From positions 3,410,001 through 3,474,000 of the forward strand of contig OZ249442.1 of NCBI GenBank assembly GCA_965235115.1: a stretch of 64,000 nucleotides of DNA. Reading direction: 5' to 3'. The stretch is from Laetmonice hystrix (taxonomy: Eukaryota). Every line of letters begins with the position of its first letter. Position 1 is the first letter of the stretch. Positions 1 to 13,468 of the stretch are shown piece after piece. The notes below the pieces were generated by a model. That model was not told the DNA's origin. It was given only the letters and a program-made list of their open reading frames with translations, and ran no database searches. Both the position numbers and the translations under genes were made by a program.

Positions 1-821
1 GTTGTTGCTTTTTCGCGCTGCCCTGCTGCGGTTCGCGCTGCCCAGTCGGGTTTATAAGATTACACTCAGCGCTGGCAAGACATCCTCGCTCGGTTCACGC
101 TCTGGACGTCGCATTTGCCTCGGCCACATTCAAACACGCTCGCTACAATTACGCTCAAACTTATTAAATCCGAAGCTGTCGGCCGCGCGCGTCAAATCTT
201 TTTCGGAGATATGTCAGGTAATTGTGAAATATGGATTGACAGTTGTCAGTGTGTGTTGTGGTTGATGAATGGCCCGAGGGAAACGTGCGATCCTATTAGC
301 ATATTTCGGCGCTGACACAGTGGCCAGTAGCGGGCACAGGGCACAAAGGCTGAGCAGTCGGAGCAGACAATTGGGCACTGCGGCCGCCCCGTATTGTGGA
401 CCACAGCCCAGCGCCCTAACAGGGGCTGGCATGAGTGATTGGTCTTTCATTGAAGTGACACACTCTGTTACCCCATATATTTTTAATGTCGTTGGCTGCG
501 GGGAAATGTCTCAAGAGCTCGTGGTCCATGCCACGCGGCCACGCCGCTGACCGACCACCCCTGACAGGGGCAGGGAGCGATGGCGGAAACCTCCCTCAAT
601 CCGCTCTCTAAAAACATCTTCCTGCCCCCACCCCTCCCCGCCCACACCCCCCGTGTACACACAGGTAACGGACCACCTCATTCTGTGCTCCCGGGGGCCA
701 GCGAACACGATCTCCGTATTTCCCTACTCAATTCTTTGTGTATGACATGTTCCGAGTAACAATGCGATGGGCACGTTTCATGGTCTGTCCAATTACTCAG
801 ACCCATTCCTCTGTTAGCATT

Positions 822-1716
822 CTCCACCCACAGTACAGCCAGCAATAAGACCCTCCACCCACAGTACAGCCAGCAATAAGACCCTCCACCCACAGTACAG
901 CCAGCAATAAGACCCTCCACCCACAGTACAGCCAGCAATAAGACCCTCCACCCACAGTACAGCCAGCAATAAGACCCTCCACCCACAGTACAGTCAGCAA
1001 TAAGACCCTCCACCCACAGTACAGCCAGCAATAAGACCCTCCACCCACAGTACAGCCAGCAATAAGACCCTCCACCCACAGTACAGTCAGCAATAAGACC
1101 CTCCACCCACAGTACAGCCAGCAATAAGACCCTCCACCCACAGTACAGCCAGCAATAAGACCACGGCTAATCTCCACCCACAGTACAGCCAGCAATAAGA
1201 CCCTCCACCCACAGTACAGCAAGCAATAAGACCCTCCACCCACAGTACAGCCAGCAATAAGACCCTCCACCCACAGTACAGCCAGCAATAAGACCACGGC
1301 TAATCTCCACCCACAGTACAGCCAGCAATAAGACCCTCCACCCACAGTACAGCCAGCAATAAGACCCTCCACCCACAGTACAGCCAGCAATAAGACCCTC
1401 CACCCACAGTACAGCCAGCAATAAGACCACGGCTAATCTCCACCCACAGTACAGCCAGCAATAAGACCCTCCACCCACAGTACAGCCAGCAATAAGACCC
1501 TCCACCCACAGTACAGTCAGCAATAAGACCCTCCACCCACAGTACAGCCAGCAATAAGACCCTCCACCCACAGTACAGCCAGCAATAAGACCCTCCACCC
1601 ACAGTACAGCCAGCAATAAGACCCTCCACCCACAGTACAGCCAGCAATAAAACCCTTCACCCACAGTACAGCCAGCAATAAGACCCTCCACCCACAGTAC
1701 AGCCAGCAATAAGACC
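822..1716. repeat. 31-bp minisatellite, about 28 copies, with a 133-bp higher-order repeat
   Basis: Unit ctccacccacagtacagccagcaataagacc. A 9-bp insert acggctaat occurs at 1163, 1296 and 1429 (133-bp spacing). Confidence 0.97.
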
Positions 1717-1918
1717 AAGGTTAATCCGCTAAAACTGCTCACGGCTAATATTTACATTATCCATCGGGAGATTAAGGTGACACCCCGTCAGTCTTTGATG
1801 GCGGGTCAAAAACATATTACAATGTGCTACCAGAGAAATTACAGTCCTATATAGTATTACTCTATCATCATGCTATTAAATCCACAGCTTATTATATCCA
1901 ATCACATGATGAGAATCG

Positions 1919-2325
1919 GATTTCAATCAATTGTTAAACATCGTGATTATGGAAAGGACGCGGAGTGGTCGATACAAACCAAGATACAAACCTCTCAATA
2001 ACACACCTAAAGTAACACTTCCTGCCATGAAATGCTAGTCAGAATGACTGAATGATTTCAATCAATTGTTAAACATCGTGATTATGGAAAGGACGCGGAG
2101 TGGTCGATACAAACCAAGATACAAACCTCTCAATAACACACCTAAAGTAACACTTCCTGCCATGAAATGCTAGTCAGAATGACTGAATGATTTCAATCAA
2201 TTGTTAAACATCGTGATTATGGAAAGGACGCGGAGTGGTCGATACAAACCAAGATACAAACCTCTCAATAACACACCTAAAGTAACACTTCCTGCCATGA
2301 AATGCTAGTCAGAATGACTGAATGA
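1919..2325. repeat. 135-bp tandem repeat, 3 copies
   Basis: tttcaatcaattgtt recurs at 1921, 2056 and 2191; copies essentially identical. Confidence 0.97.
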
Positions 2326-2507
2326 CAAATATAATTCCCTGACTTACATTATAATACAGGGACTTTCAGGTACTTCACTGACCAGGTACGGAACTCAGAG
2401 AACTGAGGTTCACAGGTCTTGAACCGTGAACCACAGCCGTGTTAGACACGGCCATATCTCAGCAACGGTTTCAGACACAGTCAGACTTTATATCTGAACC
2501 CAGAGAA

Positions 2508-2717
2508 GAACCCTATAATGGTTAACAATATACCGTACGGTGGTTTCTCGTTGAACCCTATAATGGTTAACAATATATGGTGGTTTCTTGTTGAACCCTA
2601 TAATGGTTAACAATATATGGTGGTTTCTTGTTGAACCCTATAATGGTTAACAATATATGGTGGTTTCTCGTTGAACCCTATAATGGCTAACAATAATGGT
2701 CGTTTCTCGTTGAACCC
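2508..2717. repeat. About 40-bp minisatellite, 5 copies
   Basis: gaaccc unit starts at 2508, 2553, 2593, 2633, 2673 and 2712. Confidence 0.93.
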
Positions 2718-5700
2718 GTGCCAGGACTCTCAACAGGTGGACAGGGAAGGGGGCGTGTCTGGCCCCCCTTAAATTAGGGGGCGGCTGGCCATTTGTCACC
2801 TGTTAGTCCAGACACGCCCAGTGTATTCGTACCTGAAATCTCCGACTGACTTATAACCCTAAAAGCTGACAGATAACTCCGACAGACAACTGAACGGGAA
2901 CTCTCCATGAGGTCCTATATGTGAGGAGACGTTTCAATCCACAAATGGTGTCCGTGCAATCATGTTGTTCTTTTAACATAACAGAAAACACATAAAAAAG
3001 GAAATGCTAACTAAGAATTTACAATGACGTCATAAATCTTGACTGCTCATAATTTCATTGCATATATGTGTTCACATTGGCTTAAAATGCACTTTAGTTT
3101 AGTTTTATGTTTGTGATTTCTAATTTTTCATCAGCAATCCTCATCATGTCTCCAGGGACAGTGGTGACATTACATACACCCTGAACCGGGGAATCCTGCT
3201 CCTGAACACTTCGATATCAAATTCACTTATATTTCCAAAATCAAAAACAAATCGAAATATGTTTGTAAGAGATGGGAGAACTGTGGAGTGGCATGACTTG
3301 AGAAAACGATTCCGTATATAATCTCCTTCCTACCAGGTCGGAATGGATGCTGTGTATAATCAACAGGACAGTCGGCCTCGCGACTTTGTGTACTGTCGTC
3401 ATTCCTTGATCAACAGGACAGTCCGAGTCGGCCTCGCGACTTTCTGTGCCGTCTTCATCCCTTCTTCACTCTGGGGCGGAGCGACTTCAACTCGGCATAA
3501 ATTTCATATAAACCTATCCACTGCAATTTGGGCACTCCACTGCAATACTCCCAATAAACTGCACAATTACGGCACCTCTGACTCGCACAATTAATTAAGA
3601 TTTGCACCCGTTCTAACATCAATTATTCCACCATGTCTTAGGAAAATTGCCCCTTTAGCCAGTGGTGGTTTAATTCCGTGTTGGTGTGTAAATTTGTTGT
3701 GACGGTGGCGTGTGGTCGGTGGCGGCTGCACGGCCACCGTCACCAGTATCTGTCACTTCAGACCCTGGCCTAATCCCGTCAGATCAACTCCAATACTTGA
3801 TCTTTTCCCAATCCTGAGCACTTCCAATTTGGCAGCAATTACAGGAATCCCCATCGGGAGGCAAGCCGGCTTCGCCTGCAGTCTATACTCCACCCACCGA
3901 CATTATTAAACTTGTCATATAGGATAACGATTGTACGTGGGACAGGACAGAGCGACAAGCGAGCAGGTACCTGTCATTGACAGCTGATGGACACATGACA
4001 GGCTATGCAGGTGAAACGTCCTGCCTTGTTGTCATGGCAACCCTTATGTGGCTGCCATTCCTCACCATACCTGGTCACCATGGAAACTAAGCCAGATTTA
4101 CACAGTTCGATTCGCCCTTGTCTCATAAGGGCAAAAAACGACAATTTAATGACTTCTCATTTCTTGGCAGTTATTTTTTTCGTCTTTAGCATATTCCAAT
4201 TTTTCTCGACATAGTCATGTATCATTTAGAAGAGCCTAACTTGATGTGCTTTTCTCATGAAATTTTCAACATTTTCCATTTGTAATGCCAGAAACTGCAC
4301 TGTTTCTGGCCCGTTTTATGCCATAATGCATTGGAATGCTAACCAACTTAAATCGTGAGTTAGATGAGATGAGATAGCACCCTGCGGAGGATGAGAACTG
4401 AGGCAGGCTGACTAAAGAAAAGTTACCCATAATCAGACAATTCAACCAAGAACTAGATTTAATTAAATATTATGCATGAATCCTATGCAAATCTTCCTTT
4501 GCATGGCCACGACAGATCTACCTCCACAAACGACAATTTAACTCAGTTCTCAGCCAGTTTCCCACCACAGACCTTGAGGTCTTGAGGAAGACATTTTTTT
4601 ACTCCCCCCCCCCCCCCCCCCCGCCCCACTACCTTAGTGAAAAGGTTAGTTGTATCTCTGCGCAAGCGTGTATCCATTAACGAAGTCATTATTTGTATCA
4701 ATACAAAGTTAGGTTACTCGTCGACGGAACGAGAAGTTTTAAAATCACTGTTAAGGTATCATAACTTTTATCTGGAGTTCGCAATTTACTAAAATTCAAA
4801 AGGAAACAAGATGTGAAAAAGAATGACCTATTTGCTTGGCCTCATTTGAATGAAAAGAACTTCATGGCTCCTAATTAAGCGCTTCTTCAGGAAAGAAACC
4901 GTAAATTGGTTAAAATGTAGAAGGTTTTGTAGCCTTTCTCTGTACGGTGAAAGGTCACGAGGTGACGAATTAACACGTCCAATTATCAAAGAAAACGCAC
5001 GTTCCTTCCCGTCATTATGACGACCACAGGCCTTAATAAAACGACAATTTCCAAGCATAAAATATTTCCCAATTTCCTGAGTCAAAACATTTGGCCTTTT
5101 CGTCCGACGTTAAGAACTCATTGGAAATAAATGATAACGGCATCTGCTTCAGGAATCCGCCAATGGAAATACTCTTAACTCATCTCTTACTACATCGCAG
5201 TAAAGTAGTGTTGGATGACTTATGAGCAACAATAATCTACTGTACATTTTCTATTCTGTTCAAATTACAGTACATTACAGTATGTAACTGTTACTCCTGA
5301 AAAACAGTAAAATACTGTAAAAACGAAAAACAGTTATTTAATGTTGCTAAATAACAGTTTCCTGTAAAAACAACAGCGCGGATTTACAGTGTACATGGAT
5401 GTCAATGAAATATCGTAAAAACGTAAAGCTGCCGTCTTCAACCTTTCCTTTCCTCCTTTCTTTAGTTACGTCCAGTTTTTCAGAGAAGCGAGTTTTCTTT
5501 GACAAGTCTCTCACCATGAATGTATATCTCCCTGTTACATCTACCGCTCACCCTGGCCACTTTCAGATTTTAATCTGTGATCAAACAAACAGATGACGTC
5601 ACGAGTTACATCTTAAGGTGTCGCCTCAGTAAATCATATCCTTTGATCGTCCTTGAGACAGGTTCCCACCAAACAAATCTATTCCAACTCCTTCACCTCT

Positions 5701-5869
5701 TCACCTATTATCATTACCGCATTCTCAGCATTTACTTAGTTTCCCATGATTTTTTAAATCTATTTGCACACTCTGTACCATCGGTTCACAGAGAACGCCC
5801 CGTAAAGCGCCATGCCTCCATGGAGCAGGTCTTTTTTGTAGACGTCGACCACCTTGTCTTGGTGACTGA

Positions 5870-6856
5870 TGGCGTCAGCGGGTATACCGGCAGGTCGGTG
5901 GGTTCCCAGAACTGTTAACTAGTCCACCTCTCGCACAGTTCACGACCACCGTCAGATCACGGTGTCAGCGGGAATACCTGTCTACGATACCAGCAGGTCG
6001 GTGGGTTCCCACAACTGTCGCCCACCTCCCGCACAGTTCATGACCACCGTCAGATCACGGTGTCAGCGGGAATACCTGTCTACGATACCAGCAGGTCGGT
6101 GGGTTCCCACAACTGTCGTCCACCTCTCGCACAGTTCACGACCACCGTCAGATCACGGTGTCAGCAGGAATACCTGTCTACGATACCAGCAGGTCGGTGA
6201 GTTCCCACAACTGTCGCCCACCTCTCGCACAGTTCACGACCACCGTCAGATCACCTACTGAAGGTGTCAGCGGGAATACCTGTCTACGATACCAGCAGGT
6301 CGGTGGGTTCCCACAACTGTCGTCCACCTCTCGCACAGTTCACGACCACCGTCAGATCACGGTGTCAGCGGGAATACCTGTCTACGATACCAGCAGGTCG
6401 GTGGGTTCCCACAACTGTCGTCCACCTCTCGCACAGTTCACGACCACCGTCAGATCACCTACTGAAGGTGTCAGCGGGAATACCTGTCTACGATACCAGC
6501 AGGTCGGTGGGTTCCCACAACTGTCGTCCACCTCCCGCACAGTTCACGACCACCGTCAGATCACGGTGTCAGCGGGAATACCTGTCTACGATACCAGCAG
6601 GTCGGTGGGTTCCCACAACTGTCGCCCACCTCTCGCACAGTTCACGACCACCGTCAGATCACGGTGTCAGCGGGAATACCTGTCTACGATACCAGCAGGT
6701 CGGTGGGTTCCCACAACTGTCGTCCACCTCTCGCACAGTTCACGACCACCGTCAGATCACCTACTGAAGGTGTTAGCGGGAATACCTGTCTACGATACCA
6801 GCAGGTCGGTGGGTTCTCACAACTGTCGTCCACCTCTCGCACAGTTCACGACCACA
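5870..6856. repeat. 98/106-bp tandem repeat, about 10 copies
   Basis: ggtgtcagcgggaatacc starts at 5961, 6059, 6157, 6263, 6361, 6467, 6565, 6663 and 6769; 106-bp units carry an extra ctactgaa. A divergent first copy begins near 5870. Confidence 0.96.
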
Positions 6857-7108
6857 CCATGCAGACACCTTGACAGGACCAACTGAATCAGATCTCATCG
6901 TGACAATATCCGTCCCTGATATTACAAAGAATACTTGTAAGTGATAGATCTCTTCTTCAGCTACAATATAACGTCTACAATATAAGACTTGGGTGACATC
7001 CTATAGCTCCGCGTCAACTGTTGGGACATGGTCCGCATGCTTGGAGATCATCGAGAGACCTGCCACACCTCACGACGAAAGGAAAACCCCACCCACCCAC
7101 CTGACCTT

Positions 7109-7503
7109 GTGAGTGTGGGTGTGGGTGTGTGGTATGTGGGTGCGGGGTGTGGGTGTGAGAGTGGTGTGGGTGCGTGTTGGGTGTGGTGTGTGGGTGTGTG
7201 GTGTGGGTGGGTGGGTGGGTGTGGCAGTGAGTGGGTGCGTGTTGGGTGGGGTGGGGTATGTGGGTGTGACAGTGAGTGGGTGCGTGTTGGGTGGGGTGTG
7301 TGGTGTGGGTGGGTGTGTGGGTGTGACAGTGAGTGGGTGCGTGTTGGGTGGGGTGGGGTATGTGGGTGTGACAGTGAGTGAATGGGTGCGTGTTGGGTGG
7401 GGTGGGGTATGTGAGGGTGGGGTGTGTAGGTGTGTGGTATGTGGGTGTGGGGTACGTGGGTGTGTGGTATGCGGGTGTGGGGTGTGTGGGTGTTGGGTGG
7501 GGT
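7109..7503. repeat. GT/G-rich low-complexity tract with degenerate ~60-bp repeats
   Basis: Runs of gtgggt/ggggt and repeated gacagtgagtgggtgcgtgttggg. Confidence 0.85.
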
Positions 7504-8745
7504 GCTGTGTGCTGTGGTGGCCGGCTTGACGTATGTCCTCACAGGTTGCGTTGTCTCCCAGCCGTTGAGATCGTGGACGATCGTTTGTCACCGCCTCCAG
7601 TACCGCTACAAGCACCACGATACCCGGAGGACCCTGTCAGTGCCTGCCTGCTCCAGTAGGCGGTGGGAGGGACCTCTCACTGGACGACTGATTGCTTCAC
7701 CCTCTCCCCGCCACTCTACCTCGCTCTTACCGCCACGCACTCTATAAAGTTTGATTCATTGTAACATTTTGTTTGGTCGCCGAGGTCCTGTCAGTCTGCC
7801 ACCAGCCAACCTCTCCGCCTCCTCTCAGACTGTTAGCTTTAATATGGCGAGCGCCCTTCACCACTGCCAGACCACAGCGTACACACACCGACGTGGGCCT
7901 CAGTCAGCCGTGTACGGCAGACAGGGCGCTGTGACAGTGGTAGGGGCCGGGAGTCAGGACAGCGGGGCGGGCCCACACACCCCGGCGCCGAGTACCCTCG
8001 GGGCTGTCAGCCCTGCCGGCGTGGAGTGTATGGCGTGTATTATATGCCGACTTGGTGGCTTTAACGTGGCCGGCTGGCTGATCCACGGACTGGGCCCGCT
8101 GACACGACGAGTGACAGCATGCCACTCGACGCTGGACCGTGGCTTTCTGCGCCAATTGGTTCTAGGCTGATTTTGCTGACACGTGTCTGTTTGGTCTCAC
8201 GCACGGCTGTCAGTTTACCATCCCTCAGCTCCCCCCAACCTACCCCTCCACAACCCTGCCCCATCCCCGCCACCCCCTCCGCTCTCACCCACCCTACCAC
8301 CTCACCGTCACAAACTCTGCCCTAATACAGCGCCACATCGACAGCTACCTCCATAAAATACTAAAAAAGTCTTTATAATATACCGACACATGAGTTCTCC
8401 TGTCATTCTCACATGTTTGATATTTCAACTTTGGTCGCAGACATGGCCTTCCTTTGTAAACACAGCTACAAGCCACTGAACAGAGGAGTCTGAGAGGTTA
8501 ATTTTTGTCCCTGGTCTACCCGCCACCGTCCTTCCCTTGTGAACTGTGACAGACAAAATGATAGGTTTGACCTTTGATCTGTGAGAGTGGGTTGAGTGTC
8601 ATATCATCATGCTGTCAGACAGGACACATCGAATAACGTTAGCTCTCCTTCCCTTTCTTCCTTTCTTTGACTGTTCTCCTTTCCTTTCTTTGACTTTTAT
8701 TACCGAATACTGCCATCACTCTGTCAGTCTTCATTCCTGTAACAT

Positions 8746-9078
8746 TGCCAGTTTACCGTCATCTCTCCAATATTCCTGTACGATTACTGTTTCAAGTTTT
8801 CAACTGACAGTAAACTGGCAATGCCAGTTTACCGTCATCTCTCCAATATTCCTGTACGATTACTGTTACTGTTTCAAGTTTTGAACTGACAGTAAACTGG
8901 CAACGACAGTTTACCGTTATCTCTCCAATATTCCTGTACGATTACTGTTTCAAGTTTTGAACTGACAGTAAACTGGCAATGCCAGTTTACCGTTATCTCT
9001 CCAATATTCCTGTACGATTACTGTTTCAAGTTTTGAACTGACAGTAAACTGGCAATGCCAGTTTACCGTTATCTCTTC
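8746..9078. repeat. 76-bp tandem repeat with palindromic junctions, about 4.3 copies
   Basis: Units start at 8746, 8822, 8904, 8980 and 9056. Each begins TGCCAGTTTAC and ends GTAAACTGGCA (reverse complement). Confidence 0.95.
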
Positions 9079-9955
9079 AATTGTAAGTGTAGGTGGAAAC
9101 GATACAATGATATATTCCCATTGTAAGTGTACATTTTTCGTTACGTAACGGTAAGCCACTGTTTGGTTTGACGACCCAGGGTGGCTTTCTCTCGACAATA
9201 ACATCCAGTTTGTAAGGTCCACCCTGACCAGCCGTCGGCCGACCAGCCAGTCACAGAGTCGGCCCTGACGTACGTACTCGAGCAATAAGCCGATGTGCAG
9301 GCGTTAAAGTCGATGGTTTCTCTATACAGCGGGGTGGCACTGACTGTGGTCACTCTGTATTCTTACCACAGTACCCACCACAGCCCGCCACCACCACGGC
9401 TTGGCGGGCAATGTAATAAAGCTGTGAGTACCGCGGAGAAGACCTCTCATTTAAGGCTAACACCATCACTCAGTGGCCAAGTGGCACAGTACTCTTCATC
9501 ACACTGACAGACTGCTGACTATTGAAAGAACCACAGCGCGCACAAATCTTTCCCTTTTAACGATTTCTCTTGATCAGGATCCTACCACTGATTGCTGCGA
9601 CCTCTACTCCGTCAAGTTCATGTCACTTCCAGCACTTTCCGTGACGACCACCGTCACCAGTCGCATGTCCCCAGGATAACTTGTTATTTCGGATCATACA
9701 ATACAACATGATCATAAAAAAACTTCAAGCAATCACTGATGAAAATGTTGAACTTCATGTTGTGAGAAATCTCGACTATAAAAACGGCACTCGACCTGAT
9801 GGTTTCTATAAACAACAATCATTGATCTATCGGATGTTATCAGTGCTAATCACCTTCACTTTATTAGATCATACCTAATAGAAGTCAGCCGTGTCTAACT
9901 TCATCCTTCTCGTAAACGTGAGCCACTAGGTGGCGTGACCTTCAGGCGTGACCTT

Positions 9956-10225
9956 TAGGCTCGTATGCAGAACTTTCCAAGGGGGGGTCTTCTTTCGGAA
10001 AATGCTGACTTTTCCGTTGCTGACAGAAAACGCCAAACGAAATAGCGGAGATGAGGTTTTCATTGGAAGGCCTCCTTAAAACGGTCCCGACTGTAAAAAA
10101 AATTCCTGCGTTTAGATTTTCCTCCAAATAGAAATCTAAAACTAGGGACCCTTTCCAGAAAACCGGGACCTTTGGGTTCAAGGGGGTCTTCAGTCTCCCC
10201 AGGCCCCCCTCTGGTGACGGGCCTG
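9956..10225. mobile_element. Short non-autonomous TIR element with 5-bp flanking direct repeat
   Basis: Ends TAGGCTCGT and ACGGGCCTG (7/9 inverted match). ACCTT at 9951-9955 and 10226-10230. Confidence 0.5.
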
Positions 10226-10298
10226 ACCTTTTTAGGAACCCTAAACAAAGACGCTAAACGTACTCTTGCCCCCTGCCTTTATCTAACATTTGGAGAAC

Positions 10299-10731
10299 CA
10301 GGGGTGGAAATTAAAGTTTTTAGGAACTAGCCTGCCGGGCTAGTAAAGTAAAAAATCAACTAGCCCGGATGAAAAATTGCTAGCCCAGAGTCTAAACATT
10401 CAGATTCTGTAGATTAGCCATTCTCTCCCTTTCTGCCACCCTGCAAAGAATGATCTGCATCTCAACTTTTCATACTCTCTGTCATGCTCCTTCCGCTGTT
10501 CGTCACCTAATTTGACTTTTTTGGGAGGTGGGGGGGCTACTCCTTGTAGATATCTCCACATGTTGTTAGATAATCAGGGTTGTCGTCTGCAAGTTTACTG
10601 ATATCATGGTCTAGATCTATGTCCCCAGAATTTGCTAGTCGCCAACTGGGCGTGTGTTCTGTAAATGCCTAGTCGCCCGGGCTCATTTTTAGTCGCCTCG
10701 GTCGACCGGTCGAGTCCAAACGCCACCCCTG
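10299..10731. mobile_element. Non-autonomous TIR element (hAT-like termini) with 5-bp target duplication
   Basis: Perfect 9-bp TIR CAGGGGTGG...CCACCCCTG. AGAAC at 10294-10298 and 10732-10736. Subterminal repeats ctagccc (left) and tagtcgcc (right). Confidence 0.75.
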
Positions 10732-11267
10732 AGAACACCATAAAGATTGCACTACAAATAACGTGAATGACACTTGAAACCCTCACTGGATTGTGTGCTC
10801 TGGTTGGAGACTACAAGTCCTCCCTGCCCGCCAATGTGTGGACCCTGTGGCTGGGAACGACTTGCTATAGGCGAGGTTAACAGGACGGACCCAGGTAACG
10901 TCACGATAACACCTGTAGTTAGGTCAACAAACTACATCAAAGGGTACACAGATTACTGGGCAGTAACAGGCGGTCGGCCCTTCACAACGCTTGTGTCAAT
11001 GATCACCGCTGGATGGCGCTGTGGTCCACGTACACTCTCTACATCGCGATCTGTGGTACTAACGACCCGCTGAGGGGTATTACCCCTTGGTAGGCCTATC
11101 ATTGCCACGAAACTGGAGGGGCATTACCCCTTGGTATAGGCCTACCATTGCCACGAAACTGGAGTAGGAGTGAGGGGGTAAAGGACATGGCCATGGATAA
11201 GGATAGATTTTTTTTTCGGGTGGGTGGGGTGGGGTGGTACTGAGGTTAGGGGTTACGCTAGTACATC

Positions 11268-11891
11268 TCTAGTACATGAACTGTTCATCATTCATGTACT
11301 TTGAGGTGATACCATGGACGGAGGCCGGTGATAACTGGCCTCTAGTACATGAACTCTTCATCATGTACTTTGAGGTGATACCATGGAAGGAGGCCGGTGA
11401 TAACTGGCCTCTAGTACATGAACTCTTCATCATGTACTTTGAGGTGATACCATGGACGGAGGTCGGTGATAACTGGCCTCTAGTACATGAACTCTTCATC
11501 ATGTACTGAGGTGATACCATGGACGGAGGTCGGTGATAACTGGCCTCTAGTACATGAACTCTTCATCATGTACTTTGAGGTGATACCATGCACGGAGGTC
11601 GGTGATAACTGGCCTCTAGTACATGAACTCTTCATCATGTACTTTGAGGTGATACCATGCACGGAGGTCGGTGATAACTGGCCTCTAGTACATGAACTCT
11701 TCATCATGTACTTTGAGGTGATACCATGCACGGAGGTCGGTGATAACTGGCCTCTAGTACATGAACTCTTCATCATGTACTGAGGTGATACCATGGACGG
11801 AGGTCGGTGATAACTAGCCTCTAGTACATGAACTTTTCATCATGTACTTTGAGGTGATACCATGCACGGAGGTCGGTGATAACTAGCCTCT
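11268..11891. repeat. 69-bp minisatellite with internal hairpin, about 9 copies
   Basis: tctagtacat recurs every 69 bp (some 67). Each unit holds AGTACATGA-8nt-TCATGTACT. Confidence 0.96.
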
Positions 11892-13394
11892 GCCGTTCTC
11901 ACGCTGGCGACAGGTATGGACACGTAACACGAGCGCATTGAAATATTTACTCTTCTTTTTCTTAACATATTCTTTTTTACTCTATCGGGATGCCATGTCC
12001 ATGTCACAGTTTGTCTCTTCATTCCTTTCGCCCCCTCCACCTCATAAAGTTTCCCAATTTCTGTCATTGAGCCTTTCAAACAATGCATTCTAGATTGGCT
12101 GGTAAAGAAAAAACTCTACCCGTCTCTACGACTGCCAACCAGCGAACAGTAATCGAGTCGTATGTAATTGAAATACTCACTCTCACACCTGATCTGATGA
12201 TATCGAACAAAAGACATGCCAACAATGATACGCGTCCGAATGGCCTTTTGTTTCAAATCATTAAAAGTTGGCTGTCAGGGGAGCGATGATGAGAACTGAG
12301 TCTCTGATCTCAAAGAGAATTTCAGGTGTTACTAGTGCCTTCATTGTCCCCGCAGTCAACGATCACAACATTGACATACGAGATGTTCATTAAAGTGCAC
12401 CTAAATCAGCGTCCACATCTCAGCAAGCAAACAATTACTTTCTGGATTAAAGCAATATGTGGCAGTGTCCTCACTATAGCCAGCTGATATCGCCCATTGA
12501 GACAGATTAATGGGAAAAAACATCCGATACTGAATACAAACAATGCAAACTAAAGAAAAAAAAGTGTGGTTTGGTAGGAGAGAGAGTAGCAGGGTCTGTC
12601 ATACTGTTTGCTGGAGAGTTACTCATGACTCGTCCTCTCGACGACAGCCACTATGAAAACCACAATGTCAAAGATTTTTCTCCCGGATTCTGACATCTGA
12701 ACGTGAAAGAGTTTGCAGTTATTTAAGACCTAATAAATGCAAAAACTCGATGGATGGCAGTAATATACAAAACCAAAATTGACATTTCGTTTTAATCAGC
12801 GTGTCCAACATGAAGAGCTGGGAGCAGTCATTGATGGCCGGTGTAGGTGAGAGAAAGAGAAAAAGTCAGGAATGTGGCCGCAAGTGTCCGGTAGATCTAC
12901 GACATCGGCTACCATCCAATTACACATGCTGGGCCGTCTAACTCACCGACCACGTGTAACCTTCCACTTTGATGAGCTAGCAACCGATTTTCATTTTGTG
13001 ACAGAGCGTTTATGAACTTTTATTTATGTCAGATTGTGTCTGTGTTAATAAACCGTGGCGGGAGGAGGGACAACCTAACCCCGCCTTGACGGCGACAGGC
13101 CTGGTGTGCCGATCGTAGCGCCACCCCCGGCAGGCACGGTCCCCATCCATTCAGTCTGTAGTCAACCTCCACCCCCAACCCTTTCTCATAAATCCTCCCC
13201 CCTCGCCGTAATCAGCCCAGATCTGCCTGGAAATGTATAATAACATTTTAATGCCAAACACTCCACCCGGCTACCCTAATTCTTAGACAATATTTTATCG
13301 CCATTCTCCCATAAATAAGCCAAATTACCATCGAGGGACCCAAATCATTATTGCAGCCGATGCACGGCCGTGCTGCTAGCGCCTGGCGCTTGGC

Positions 13395-13468
13395 GCCCAC
13401 CCGGCACCCGCCCGGCACCCGCCCGGCACCCACCCGGCACCCACCCGGCACCCACCCGGCACCCACCC
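13395..13468. repeat. 11-bp GC-rich microsatellite
   Basis: (ggcacccaccc/ggcacccgccc)n. Confidence 0.85.

Noticed and set aside
1-260. Promoter-like GC-rich start with TTTCGCGC and a donor at about 219
   Set aside because: It is truncated by the window edge, with no coding or other support for a transcript.
6786-6915. Candidate TSHZ exon 2 on the minus strand (acceptor tctttgtaatatcag|GG would give KRMK-W)
   Set aside because: AG|GG is common, the peptide has no recognisable features, the donor lies in a tandem repeat, and the expected exon should be large and contain zinc fingers.
11268-11891. CRISPR-like array (palindromic repeats; also 20379-20885 and 8746-9078)
   Set aside because: The inter-hairpin sequence is invariant rather than unique spacers, there are no cas genes, and the context is spliced eukaryotic DNA.
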